Assembly (NCBI GenBank): GCA_964016885.1
Contig: OZ024741.1
Location: 338,644,001-338,708,000 of the forward strand
DNA: 64,000 bases
From: Eledone cirrhosa
Taxonomy: Eukaryota
Reading direction: 5' to 3'
Position 1 is the first letter of the stretch. Each line of letters starts with the position of its first letter. The notes below the pieces were generated by a model. It saw only the letters and a program-made list of their open reading frames with translations, was not told the origin of the DNA and did not search any database. Below are positions 1 through 14,317 of this stretch, piece after piece. The translations under genes were made by a program, and so were the position numbers.

Positions 1-348
1 AACATTTATGGCTGTAAAAAATGTGGAGAAACTTTCATCCTTGATCTATTGTCCACTCCCAATTGCAATCCTAGGAAAGATAGAACCAATGATTGCAAAA
101 TTTGTGGTAAATGTTTTTCAGAAAATAGTTGTTTGTCTAAACATAAACGAATACATACTGGAGAAATACCTTATGAATGTGAATTCTGTGGGAAAGCGTT
201 TTCTCAGAGTGGTACTTTATTAAACCACAAACGAATTCACACAGAAGAGAAACCATATCGTTGTGAAGTTTGTGCTAAATGCTTTTCACAGAAATGTAAT
301 TTATCTCAACATAAAAGGATACATGAGAGAGAGAAACTATTTGTATAG
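1..348 (+). CDS. 3' end of a C2H2 zinc-finger gene (5' part outside window)
   Basis: Frame is open from base 1 (NIYGCKKCGETF..., a degenerate finger). Three intact C-x2-C-x12-H-x3-H fingers follow with TGEIPY/TEEKPY linkers; TAG at 346-348; AATAAA at about 415-420. Confidence 0.85.
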   Translation, partial: NIYGCKKCGETFILDLLSTPNCNPRKDRTNDCKICGKCFSENSCLSKHKRIHTGEIPYECEFCGKAFSQSGTLLNHKRIHTEEKPYRCEVCAKCFSQKCNLSQHKRIHEREKLFV

Positions 349-663
349 TATACATTGGCTGGTTAGCCTAATTTGCATACTGAGCAATTTTATGGCTGGC
401 TTTGCTGAAAATTAAATAAACAAAATTAGAATTTTGTTTTTTGATCTAACATAGCGGATACGGGTTTTATATCGAATAATGATAATATACGATTCATTTG
501 CAAGCAAATGATATGTTGTATAGATGGCTATCGCCATCCTTTTGTTCTAGAGAGAAACAGCTGTAAAATCACTTGATATGTAAATTAGGCTAATCAGCGG
601 ATGTGTACTTTAGAGAATACTATATATTCTCAAGAGTTCTAGTGAGCGACAGGGGAGAGATAC

Positions 664-711
664 ACAATCTTGATGAGGCAATAACCCAGAAACAATATTA
701 TTGTCGATTGT
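664..711 (+). ncRNA. Type-I hammerhead ribozyme-like motif (variant core)
   Basis: Stem I ACAATC/GATTGT; core TTGATGA (C3U variant); short stem II GG..CC; GAAAC; stem III ACAAT/ATTGT; GTC cleavage triplet at 703-705. Confidence 0.6.
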
Positions 712-1084
712 TTCTCTCTGTCACCGCTAGATCAAAAGGTTGGCAATGGCCATCTATAAAACATAGCATAATGAGGCTGTTTGCTTGCAAACAAATCAAA
801 TGTTATTATTATTTGATATAAAACTCATGACTGCATATATATATGTGTGTGTATGTACTAGAAGCCATGTTCTATCTTGCTGGGTTTGTTAATATCTAAA
901 ATAGATATAATCCTATGGATTTACTATATTTTGGTTAAACTGTTTTAAAAAGATGCTGACAATTTTCTGTTGGTCTGGGAATGTTGATTCACAATACCCC
1001 AAAAATGGTTGAAATAAATCAAGCTTCATTAAAATGTGCAAAAAGAAAATCAAAACAATAACAAATATAGAACTCCCTCCAAAA

Positions 1085-1097
1085 AAAAATAATGTAG

Positions 1098-1129
<32 letters not shown>

Positions 1130-1295
1130 TATGGACCCCTCTAAAAACAAATACATACCCCCATCAAACATAGAAACCCCCACCAAATAAACAAACACAG
1201 ACCCCTTCCAAAAAAGCAAAACAAATATAGATCCCCTCTCTCCAAAAACACAAACATAGATCCCATCAAAAAACAAATATAGATCCCATCCACAC
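1085..1295. repeat. About 31-bp minisatellite (AAAACAAATATAGATCCCCTC-like)
   Basis: About six degenerate tandem copies are visible. Confidence 0.7.
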
Positions 1296-2329
1296 ACCCA
1301 CTCACACCAAAAAAAAAAGCATGAAGAAACCCAAATAAAATTTTGGTCTGACGTTTTCTTTATTTATTTCTTTGCAATGTTTTCAAGTCATCTTCCCTGC
1401 TACAGCAGGAGTTAACCTTGCAGGTTTCATGACAAGTGTCTTTACTTTTCCCTATCATCTGCACCCCACTCATAAAAACATATATTGTATATAGAGTTAT
1501 ATTTTGGGAATTATAGCCCCTCACCCACCCAAGATAAAGAGGGCTCATCAGTTGGGTTTATGACCAACAACCAGCCTTCCAAGTGCTGGTGTCATAGTAA
1601 AATGCATCCAGTACACTTTGTAAAGTAGTTGGTAATAGGAAGGACATCCAGCTGTAGAATCCATACCAAAACCAGAACTTAAGTGCTGACTTGGTCGATA
1701 ATGGCCTGTCCATTCCATATTAACATGGAAAAGGACATGAAATGATGGTGATTCCATGGTTTCTGAATGCCCTTCATATTACCAACCTCTTTACAGAGTG
1801 TACTGGGTGCATTTTTTTGTGTCACCAACACTACAAAGAGTCATATGAGCAACAAGAATAAGTGATTCTCTCAAGCCACATTCATTCAACAACTGCTTTG
1901 TACAGTGTACTTTGTGGAACCAGGACTGGTCAGGTTGCCTTTGTAGATAGGAAACATAAATCTCTTACTTTGCCAGCCCTGCCCTAAACATCAAATCCAC
2001 AAACCCTATCCACCCAATCTCTGGCCAGAAAATTTTAGGTTCTGTATGAGATCATTGAAATATGCTGGCTAGTTATCCTAGCCAACTAAAACCTTGTCTG
2101 TTCACTTAACATTACTCCTTCTGACACTTCCGACACATCACCAATAATCCTGCAACCATGTACCCAATTCTATGTTGTCTCAATTTGAAGCAAACTGAGC
2201 AAGGGAATAAGTGGTTTTCTGCCAAGGACTTATGAAATAACGTGCCAATTCAAGGTGGTGGCTTGGTGAAATTGTTAGATTGACAAATTCTTCTTCCTGT
2301 ATGATATATGCACAATGGTTAGAGAGAGA

Positions 2330-2640
2330 TCGAGATTGGTGAGCCAGACTAAAGCGTCATTTGTGGTGTTTTGGATTACTTCCAATGTCTGAGGGGACAA
2401 TCATGGACAACATGCAACACCATCAAGTCAGGGTACCTATAGTCACAGGCTGGGCTGTTTTTCATTTTCCATCAATGAAGATGATGGACTGTCTTGGCAT
2501 ATGTTGTGTGGATCCGATTAAGGGACACTCATTGCTTTCTAGGAAGGTCAAAGCCAGCTGATTTAAATGTGGGATCATGGACTAAGTCTGAGTTGGCAAA
2601 TTTGAACTCATTCCACGATCAGGGTGGACCACAAAGGTTG
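2330..2640 (-). mobile_element. Degenerate 3' fragment of an Ingi/Vingi-like non-LTR retrotransposon
   Basis: Manual minus-strand translation ...AGFDLPRKQ*VSLNRIHT...SPACDY...HVVHDCP resembles the GFDLPR..W..LNR.RTG...C.C...H....CP C-terminus. Clade assignment is from memory. Confidence 0.5.
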
Positions 2641-2762
2641 GCATCTCGTGTCTCAGAATGACAGATGAGATGTCTGGTGGTATTTGTTCTTGCTCTTTGT
2701 GTTATGCATTCAAATCATGTTTTGTCCTTACTCGAGTGGTAGGCTTAAACCATCAGTCATCT

Positions 2763-2965
2763 ATGAGTGTTGGCTGAAAAGTTTATAGGCTGACCAAGAT
2801 ACTCTCATGGAATGACGAAATGAGGTTTATTTTTCAACATAATCCCTGGAAAGAAATAATGTAGTTATTAATATGAAGAATTGAAATTAATACATGCAAT
2901 AATTCACAGCTCTAGCATCACTCCTTCATCGTCAGCCTATGAACTTTTCAGTTGACCCTTGTAGT
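2763..2965. mobile_element. Mariner-type MITE (family M1)
   Basis: Terminal inverted repeats CTGAAAAGTT(C/T)ATAGGCTGAC / GTCAGCCTATGAACTTTTCAG; same family as 5600, 5901 and 13152. Confidence 0.7.
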
Positions 2966-3224
2966 TTAACACCACCACCTAATTCTTGGGTGCTTTAATC
3001 AGTGTCCACACTTTTACAAGCATTTAGGCTAGGTCTCTAGTTTGGGTTACCTTTCTCCTTTCCACCAATCTCTGAGATCCCAAAAAGGGTCATCAGCCTT
3101 GCACTTCCCTTCTTCAGTAAACAGTAAATCAAATGTAAACACAAAACAGTTCTAATTTAGCTGTTATTCTTAGGGTCTTCCTAATACAGAGAGAAACATT
3201 GTAAAGTCTTACATGATATTTATA

Positions 3225-3675
3225 ATGGTTTCTGATTTAGGCACAAGAGCCACTATTTTAGGGTAGGAGAAAGTCAATTAAATTTACTCCAGTGCATTAC
3301 TGGTACTTTATTTTATCGATCCTGTAAGGTTGAAAGGCAAAGCTAACCTCGGCGAGATTTGAACACAATGTAAAAGGACAACTATATGCTACAAAGCATG
3401 TTGTCCAACGCTCTAATGTCTCTGTCAATCCACCACCTTTAATAATAATTCTTTCTAATATTGGCACAAGGTCAACAATTTTAGGGAATGAGAAAGTCGA
3501 TTATATCAACTCCAGTATTTTACTGGTATTTGATTTTATCACCCCCACCCTACCCCTAAAGGATGAAAGACAAAGTTGATCTCAATAGGATTTAAATTGA
3601 GAATGTAGAAAATCATAACTGAATACCACAAAGCATTTTGTCCAACGCTCTACAGTGACTGCCAATCAACTGAAC
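3225..3675 (-). mobile_element. Two tandem copies of tRNA-derived SINE family A
   Basis: Each copy has a B-box-like GTTCAAATC, a central GCCTTTCATCCTT..GGGGTCGATAAAATAAAGTACCAGT block and a CCTTGTGCC..AGAAA tail. Confidence 0.75.
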
Positions 3676-5599
3676 ATAGAGAAACAATGTTTCAGTATGT
3701 CGTTAAAATAAAATGATTTAGTGAATATAACTCAAATGAATTTGAATAACTCAATTGAAAGGTACGTAAAATAATTTATAATTGAAATTTACTTTTTATG
3801 TTGAGAAAAAAAAAAAAACATTAATAGCAATTGTTACTGACTTTCAAAGAGAAGGGGAGATAACTTTAAAAAATTAAGAATTAATTTTTAAAGTTAATTT
3901 ACATGCGCTAAAGGAGGAAAGTTTGATCTTGGATTACAGGTGAAGGACAGCTACAGGAATGTTTTAGCTTGGTTGATAAGTTGTCAAGGTTTTAAATATA
4001 TAAAAAAGTGGTAAGAATAATTTTGGACCAGTATAATTTGCATAATTACAAATTAAATGGGCTAAGATAAATTATTCAGAGAGGCTAATTACAAGATTTT
4101 AGATAATTGTGGTTGAAGAAGTCGTGTACTGGCTGTTGTTTGATGCAAAAAAAACAAAACATCCAATTATTTAAAATTTCCTTATAGTGGAAACTTGACA
4201 GTCAAATAAACGGGAGATAATTGCGAGGAATTAAGAGCTAAAGTTAATTTACTTGCTCAGAGGAAGGAAAGTTTCAGTTTTGTTTGTAGCAAACGACAAT
4301 TATAAACACACTTCTTAAACTTTATAAAATATATTGTCTAATGAGTACGAAACTATGTCTATGATTTGTTTCTTAAGTTAGATATGTTTATCGATTAGTA
4401 TCTCCTATAAAACTGGGTTAAAGAACAAGTCATCCGTAACACGTGTGACCGCATGACATAAGTTTGATTAATTAAAACCTAATATGGTAGAATTTTACTA
4501 AAAAAAAAAGATAGTGAATATATAAATATAGATAACAGTATCTCTATTGTTTTCCTTGGATATGTATATTTTTATAATGAAAGACACAAAACAGCCTAAG
4601 GTATCATCACGTTTGGTAAGTTGAAATATTTATGGTATCTGCCGTAGTTTGTTTGTAGATATGGATCCTTATATTATTGTTATTGTTAAACTGGTGTTGT
4701 CAGTCACACGACATTTACTACATTGCTTCTATTTTATGTTCATCATTCTTTCTGTTTTGTCCGAGCAGATAGAAGAATTTATAAAGATGTGATGGGGTGT
4801 GTTTCTTATCACCAAATTTATCTGTCAACGGCAAAAGCAAAACATCTCTAAAAAGCAAACAAGAAAAGCCTTTGTTTTTATCAGCTCTATTTTTTCTTTT
4901 TTTTTTCTTAACTCCCAAAATACACATTTATTTCTCTGGATCTGCAATTAATACTAAATGGTTGTTAATAAAAAGTAACTGTTTTTGTTTTTCACCGATG
5001 TCGTGGTTAGTAACTTTGCTCTATAAAGATCATTCAAGTGTGAAAATCTGTTTCATCCCCGTCACTCCAGAAGTCTGGCTGTTATTACTAATTCAACTAA
5101 ATTGTTTTTCCTCTTGTTTTCTTCAGATATCGCTGATTGTAAGAAAGAAATCTGACTACTGTTGTCAGTAATATAGGCTAATATATTGGTTGCAGGGCAA
5201 GTGAGGGGTGGGGGTTGTTTTGTTCGTTGTTTAGTCCCCAAGTCAGCTCTGATTAAACAGACCTGACTTATTAAATGCATTCCAGCTACGACCATCCCGT
5301 CGTTTTTTAGTCACAATGTATCTATCCCGGACGATATTATCCAATTTGTCTTTACATATGTAATTTGAGTGAGATTTGGCTGCTATTTCTAGCTGATCTA
5401 ACAACTATATAAAGGTTCCGTTGTGTGTATGAATATATTACAGTGTATGAAGAATTCCATTGGAATGACCGAAGATGAATAATTGAAGAGACATATTGTT
5501 GGGGGGGGGGGGGGGTGATTAATGTTGATACTGTTTTATAATGGAGGGCCGATTGTCGAGGGACATCTTGTGAAACATGGATCCGGGAATCTGAGGTAT

Positions 5600-5766
5600 A
5601 CGAGGGTAGACTGAAAAGTTCATAGGCTGACTATGAAGGAGTGATGCTAGTGCTGTGAATTTTTGCGTTAATTTCAACTCTTCTTATTAATAACTGCATA
5701 GTTTCTTTCCAGGGACTGAGCTTATCTTGGTCAGCCAATGAACTTTTCAGCCGACGACCCTCGTAT
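5600..5766. mobile_element. Mariner-type MITE (M1)
   Basis: TA-CGAGGGTAGACTGAAAAGTTCATAGGCTGAC ... GTCAGCCAATGAACTTTTCAGCCGACGACCCTCG-TA; TA flanks at both ends. Confidence 0.8.
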
Positions 5767-5799
5767 ATATATATATACACACACACACACATATATATA

Positions 5800-5890
5800 T
5801 AGGGCATCCAGCTGTAGAAATCAAGCCAGAATCAGTTCCCGTCCCACCCTTGCAAGCAGGGAAAAGCGGACGTAAAATGATGATGATTAT
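5800..5890 (+). mobile_element. Short RTE-derived 3' fragment with (GAT)n tail
   Basis: AGGGCATCCAGCTGTAGAAA block joined to CCCACCCTTGCAAGCAGGGAAAAGCGGACGTAAAATGATGAT, which matches the 3' end of the RTE at 15.27 kb. Confidence 0.75.
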
Positions 5891-5900
5891 TTATTATATA

Positions 5901-6082
5901 TACGAGGGTCGACTGAAAAGTTCATAGGCAGACTAATGAAGGAGTGATGCTAGGTGCTGTGAAATCTTGCATGCATTAATTTCAATTCTTATTAATAACT
6001 ACATTGTTTCTTTCCAGGAAATATGTTGAAAAATAAATGTTGGTCATTCCATGAGCGTATCTTGGTCAGCCTATGAACTCTT
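5901..6082. mobile_element. Mariner-type MITE (M1), right end truncated
   Basis: Same TIR and internal sequence as 5600-5766. Confidence 0.75.
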
Positions 6083-6454
6083 TAGAGAAATTAATAAGAT
6101 TACTCTAGGATAGAAAAGGGGTAGTATTGGGGCCCACAAACATCTTCATATTAAACCAAACATTTATTCTTAGTCGGCTGTGTATTCATTGTTTTTGTAT
6201 ATTAATATTTTGACTAGTGGTAAGAAACTCTCTGGACAGCAGAAGGTATAGGACATTAATTATCGAAGACGAAGTTTTATATTATTTATTCTAATCATTG
6301 GACGAGTAAGATATGAAATTGTGTGTATTTTTCTCTTTTAATAATTATGAAAAATATTTATTTCATTTGACACAACCCGGTGGCCAATTTTTATTAAATC
6401 TATTTTTCCACCGTTTTTTTTGCAAGTGAAACGGTATTTCATTGAAATTATGTA

Positions 6455-6655
6455 GAATAATTGAATTTATTTGAAATTATCTGAAGTAATTGAATTTATC
6501 TTGAATAATTGTATTTATCTGACTAATTGTAATTATCTGGAGTAATTGTATTTATCTGGAGTAATTGTATTTATCAGGAGTAATTGTATTTATCAGGAGT
6601 AATTGTAATTATCTGGAGTATATTTCTGGAACTTACTTTATCTAGTCTGGAGTAA
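6455..6655. repeat. 19-bp minisatellite AGTAATTGTATTTATC(T/A)GG
   Basis: Clear tandem copies at 6541, 6560, 6579 and 6598, with degenerate flanking copies. Confidence 0.8.
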
Positions 6656-7712
6656 AGATTTCAACTCTGAATGTGAGATATCGAACTAAAGTTACAGTAA
6701 AATTCCAAGTAATTAATATTGATCTCTGATATTTTATTTGAATTGATCTGCAGCTCAGCTTCATAAAAAATTTGGATATCATTGACAATAAATTTCAAAT
6801 AAAAGAAAATGAAAATGTTTTGTCCAATTCACTGGATTTATTTTGCATGCTCTGCTCACCCATAAACACACACACCCAAACATTGTCACACACACTGTTA
6901 CACATACACAGAAGGACATTCTAACCTTAACTGTAATGCTCACCAAATCAATCCCTAACTCTTCCCTAAACCAAGCCTAAGCCTAAATTTAACATGAAGC
7001 AAACTTAACCCTAACCCTTGGGTGTGTATTGGTAATTCATTTGATACATACACAAGATACACTATAGTTGGGTATATTGTTATTTCATTAGATATACACT
7101 ATAGTTGGATGTATTGGTATTCTATTGGATATATATTATATATATGTTTTTTTTTAAAATTCCCGCCAAACATTATTTACAATGATCGCCGCATACAGCA
7201 AAATTGCGGGTGTGTACCTGACCGCTGTGGAATAGGAGGCCTAGGGGCAATGAAGACGTCGAAGTGATGCCAGCCATTCAAGATTACAGCCCCTCTCCCA
7301 CCACAGTAGTAATTCTGATATATGGAGAAATTTTGATTGACAAGTGGAGAACGAGAAGAACCAAGCAGTGGGCAACCATGAGTGGCTAGGAATACTGGTG
7401 ACGTGTACAATTCTTGACCACTCATGGAATGACAACAACAGGATCTAAATCGATAAATGAAGGAATTCGATGTTAAAGGACAATAGGAAAATCTGCTTCG
7501 TAGAATCAAGACGTATCCGAGGACCGCGCGATTTCAGAGTCAGGTATGATCAACTTATCGATCGTGCCTCAAGAAACAAGTGTAATATGTCCAATAAATT
7601 CCTTTCATCGCAACACTGATTCTCTTTTTTCTGTAATATAATACTCTGCTCTACGAAGACAGTGAGTGCTCATACGGCCTACCGCATACGGACACTTTAA
7701 GCATCCAACACC

Positions 7713-7756
<44 letters not shown>

Positions 7757-8362
7757 TTATACAATGTACACTAGAGTTTGGTATATTGGTATTTCATTTG
7801 ACATTCTGCCTCTTTTGTTTCATATATATTGATTTCTTATTTTGTTTCTTCTTCCAGAAATACCATTGCCACATACATTCTTGGTGCCAGATGAAATCCT
7901 TTTCAATCAATGAACTTTTCAGAAATTAACTGCCAGAGTAGGGGACATTGTAGTTTACCATTTATGTTGTGAATTAGAAGATAGATGTTGTCCTCTTACT
8001 TAAACTACCATCTTCAAAATTTTATACTATTCCTTTTTACAAATCACCATGAAGCAGTCCTAAAATACCACATTAATGACTATGTTAGGTCTAGGGATTC
8101 CAATAATAAAAACACCCAAGACACCTTCTTGAGATACAACTTCATCAAAGGCTGGCTAAACCTGTGAAGGTGTGAACTGTAACAACAATACAGTTTGTAT
8201 TACAATTGACTGTTGATTTACTAATAGTATGATTAAATATTGATCAATCTTTGTTATTTTATTAAGGACAACATTTTACTCCTTTTTGATAAACTTTTAA
8301 AAACCTGAATAATTTATAGACTTTTATGGAAAAGTTAACCAATACAAAGAAGTTTCTATCAA

Positions 8363-10374
<2,012 letters not shown>

Positions 10375-10766
10375 AAAACAAAGAACTGTTTCTCCATAAA
10401 TTTTGACTAGCCTAGACCCAGCTGGGACATTTCACATGTCCACACATGTATTTTATATATTAAACATGCATTTATATATATATTTTATAACCCATTGACA
10501 TCTTCATTAAAATATATATATATATATATTTTTTTTTTGTGTAACTAAACTGAAATAGAACTAAGCAGTAGCAATATCTCCCCCAACCTATATAGTTTGA
10601 TATTTCAAAGTAATTATCTCATCCTTACTAAAACAAAGATCTGATTATATTTCTCAACAAATGAAACACTTTTTCTATCCATATGTGTGTTTATATATAT
10701 ATATATACCATTTCCCATGCTGGCATGGGTTATACATATATGTATGTGTGTGTGTGTTTATATATA

Positions 10767-11324
10767 CAAGATGGGTCATAAGTCACGCACCAAAGCATTA
10801 AAAACAATTTAGTATACATGTACGTTGTATTGTATTAATAACAAAAATTATATTGAAACAACAAAGGTATCATTGTTCATAAATTCTCAAAATGCTTGCC
10901 ATTGGCAATTTCACATAATTCTAGTCGATGTCCGAAATTGTTATAGACCTGAGCTAATAAATCATTATCTCCATCAATATGGTGACAGGAATCAATAATC
11001 CGCTGGCGAAGATGATCAACATCTGTTATTTTAGTTGAATAAACATTTGTTTTATGTGGCTCCAAAAATAAAAGTCCATTGGAGGAAGGTCAGGTGATCT
11101 GGTGGCCCACTCCACTGTGCCTCTTTGCCCACTTCAATTTTCCTAGTTTGCATTTAACCAATTACACATGATAGTTGCATAATTGTTAAAGGCATAAGTC
11201 TGCAACAGAAAACGATGATTGTAATTAAATTAAATCAAATGTAAGCGATAAATCTGTTCTTTGTTAATGCACGTAATATGTTAAGGCATTTAATGTTTTG
11301 GTGATTGACTTAAGGCCCACCCCG
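10767..11324 (-). mobile_element. Internally deleted Tc1/mariner-superfamily element (rosa/DD41D-like)
   Basis: Imperfect TIRs of about 34 bp with TA flanks. Minus strand reads EWATRSPDLPPMDFYFW (WPPRSPDL motif) and RLELCEIANGKHFENL*. Confidence 0.8.
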
Positions 11325-11626
11325 TATATTACCATTTTCCATGCTGGCATGGGTTATTTATGTGTGTGTGTATATATATATATATATTACCGTTTTCGAA
11401 TCTGGCATTGGTTATATATATGCATTTCTGTGTGTATAAATTTTGAGCTGAAAGCAATGATTCAGTAAATCCAGTTAACTTTTATGTTTTGAACTGTTGA
11501 ACTGTGTGAAAGTTTTGAATTATTGTTTGTGACCAATTTTGATCTGTAGTACCCCTCACCCATTTTACTAAATCTAAGGAAATGTGAGCCAAACTCCTTT
11601 AAAAGTTTACACTAATGACATAGGAG

Positions 11627-11990
11627 AAAAGTTGCATGGCCTAGTGGCTAAGGTGTTGATTTCTGGACTGAGACATGAGCAACATATATTATTTTATATT
11701 AGTTTTCATGATAGGACTGGGGACTCTACCATGAAAACATTTGAGAAATTTATGAGATATAACCTTTTTGAGAGCCAGCTAAACATGCATAGGCGTCAGC
11801 TGTAACAACATGATAGGACTAGGAACCCTATCATTAAACCACCCAAGAAATCTTCTATGATATGGCACCACATAGGAATCCAAGTAAACTTGCATAGGTG
11901 TGAGTTGTAACAGCAACAACATGACTGGAGCCCCTATCATTAAAACACCCAAGACACCTATATGATGTAATCTTGTAGGGAGCTAGCTGT
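11627..11990 (+). mobile_element. Composite SINE: family-B tRNA head plus about three tandem copies of a ~100-bp hairpin module
   Basis: GCATGGCCTAGTGGCTAAGG head, then repeated ATGATAGGACT..CCTATCAT / CTATGA / AGCTAAAC..GCATAGG..GCTGTAAC units. Confidence 0.6.
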
Positions 11991-12349
11991 ATATTTTCAA
12001 AGGAAGTCCCCAATAAATACACTTCCCAATCATTGCCATTTAGTCTAAAATAAGCCAACAAACAACATATGCACATAAAAAAAAATAACTATGTGACTAA
12101 TAATATATAATTGGTCCAACCTCAAATTTTCAATTCCAGTTACAGGTTGTATGTCTGATGAGATAAACTGGACTACACACAATGGTTCTTAATTAGTGCA
12201 TAAATTTGCTTCTCAATAAAATATCTATTAATGATACTTTGGTTGGGGCAGAAACTTTTATTTGTTTATGCTGATGATTTTTCTCCACTCTGTAAACTAG
12301 ATTCTGTCTTTTTGAAACAAACATAGTAGGGTGGGCACCCAGGAAATTG

Positions 12350-12880
12350 GATGGACTTTCACTACCAAATTTCTAATGAAAGACACTACCTATGTCATTA
12401 ACACTTTCACTATTATATTTCTGATGAAATACACAGCTTATGTCGTTTAACGCTTTCTTTGCCATATTTCGAATGAAATACACTACCTAATGTCATTAAC
12501 CTTTTCATTACCCTATTTCTAATGAAATATTCTCTATTTCACTACTATGTTTTTGACAAAATATTCTGTTTCAGCCATATTTCTTATGAAATATTCTTTA
12601 TTTCACTACTGTATTTCTAATGAAATACACTCTGTTTCAATTAATTAATGAATAATTTCTAGCAATTCTTTGATACAAAACTGTTTATTTTAAGGTGTCT
12701 ATATTTATCTAAAAACCTTCCATCATAATTTCATAAAGGAATTTTTGTTATGTTCTAAACACCAGCATAATAAAGAGAAAGTTAGTTATTTTACTAAATC
12801 TCTCCAAATTCTTAATTATTTGAAAACTATATATAGTCTGTGTCATTACTATATAAATATGGTAATGAAAGGTTAAAGTG
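12350..12880. repeat. Degenerate tandem amplification of a TTAA-flanked MITE terminus (piggyBac-like)
   Basis: Repeated ATATTTCTAATGAAATACAC units; TTAACCTTTTCATTACC at about 12497 is inverted relative to GGTAATGAAAGGTTAA at about 12860-12876. Confidence 0.45.
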
Positions 12881-13151
12881 TTTATATTTATCTAAAAACC
12901 TTCCATTATAGTTTTATGTAAAAACCTTTGTTAAGTTATGTTCAAACACAAGTTTAGTTATATTATTAAATTTCTATAAGTTCTTGATTATTTTCAAAAT
13001 GATTTGAAAACCATAGGCAGTGTCTTTCGTTAGAAATATGGTTAAACACAATTTGAATGTCTGTTCAAATTCGTAAAATAGAATGTCTTTTGAGGTTAAT
13101 CATCTCCCAAATTACTATACTCATTCCCTCACAGACCACAAAATTAAAACA

Positions 13152-13516
13152 TGAGAGTCGACTGAAAAGTTCATAGGCTGACCCAGATACTCTTTTGGAA
13201 TGACCAAATGAGGTTTATTTTTCAACATAGTCCCTAGAAAGAAATAATTGTTTCTACTTTTGGCACAAGGCCAGCAATTACCCAGTGCATTACTGGTACT
13301 TTATTTTATCGACCCCGTAAGGATGAAAGGCAAAGTTAACCTCAGCAGGATTTGAACTCAGACCATAACTCTATGCTGCAAAGCATGGTGTCCGACTCTC
13401 TACCGATACTGCCAATCCACCGTCCTAGAAAGAAATAATACAGTTATTAATGAGAAGAGTTGAAATTAATGCAAGATTTCACAGTCAGCCTATGAACATT
13501 TCAACCTACTCTTGTA
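13152..13516. mobile_element. Mariner-type MITE (M1) interrupted by a SINE
   Basis: M1 TIRs at both ends; SINE A is inserted in the middle. Confidence 0.75.
13249..13423 (-). mobile_element. SINE family A with 16-bp target-site duplication
   Basis: TSD CCTAGAAAGAAATAAT at 13233-13248 and 13424-13439. Confidence 0.85.
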
Positions 13517-13644
13517 CATACCAGCCAATTTGTTCAATATACTGTTCAATTGAAGCTCCAAATTTCTCTAAGTTCTTAACCCTAATAGCTACATACAATT
13601 TTTAAATATTAAGTTTCTTCACTAATGTGCTGGTTCACACATTG

Positions 13645-13895
13645 TGAAGGAACATGGTTTAGAGGTTATAAGATCATGAATTCAATTCTCAACGATACAG
13701 TCTGTCCTTGAGCAAGACACTTTATTTCACATTGTTCCAGTTCACTCAGCTGAAAATAATGGGTTGTACTTGTGATTCAAAGAGACAGCTTTGTCACACA
13801 TTGTGCCATGCTGAATCTCCCTGAAAATCACATGTCTGGATTGCTCAGCCACTTACATGAGCAGGCTATCCCATTGATTGAATAACTGGAACTAA
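13645..13895 (+). mobile_element. tRNA-derived SINE family B
   Basis: A/B-box-like head, then the GTCCTTGAGCAAGACACTTTATTTCACATTG..CCAGTTCACTCAGCTG block shared with 20275, 26150, 50600 and 51790. Confidence 0.65.
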
Positions 13896-14133
13896 TGATG
13901 GTCCCCCAATACACTACCATTGACATAATCCTCATCTGATCTGGTCATCTAGTTCCTCCAGCCTCACAACAACAGGCCACTATGCTCTTCCATCTTTCTC
14001 TGTCTCTGGCAAGGGTTGGTGCTTGAAACCAGTTTCTGCCACATCTGCAGAGGTCATCTTTTAGGGTGGATCTCCAGGTCTTTTTTTTGCCTACCATAAT
14101 ACCCTCACCATAACATTATATCTTTCTCTTATA

Positions 14134-14317
14134 AGGCAGGATTGGCAGTATCGGTAGAGAGTTGGACGCCATGCTTTGACTCATAGGTACGGCCCTTGCC
14201 ATTCTGAGTTCAAATCCCGCCGAGGTTAACTTTGCCTTTCATCCTTTACGGGGTCAATAAAATAAAGTACCCGTAATGCACTGGGTAATTGCTGGCCTTG
14301 TGCCAAAAGTAGAAACA
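14134..14317 (+). mobile_element. SINE family A with 19-bp TSD
   Basis: TSD ATTATATCTTTCTCTTATA at 14115-14133 and 14318-14336. Confidence 0.85.

Noticed and set aside
6915-7022. Interstitial telomeric repeat
   Set aside because: Only a few degenerate CCCTAA-like units; too weak to call.
12150-12200. CTGATGAG core (also at about 50643)
   Set aside because: No downstream GAAA or stem architecture.
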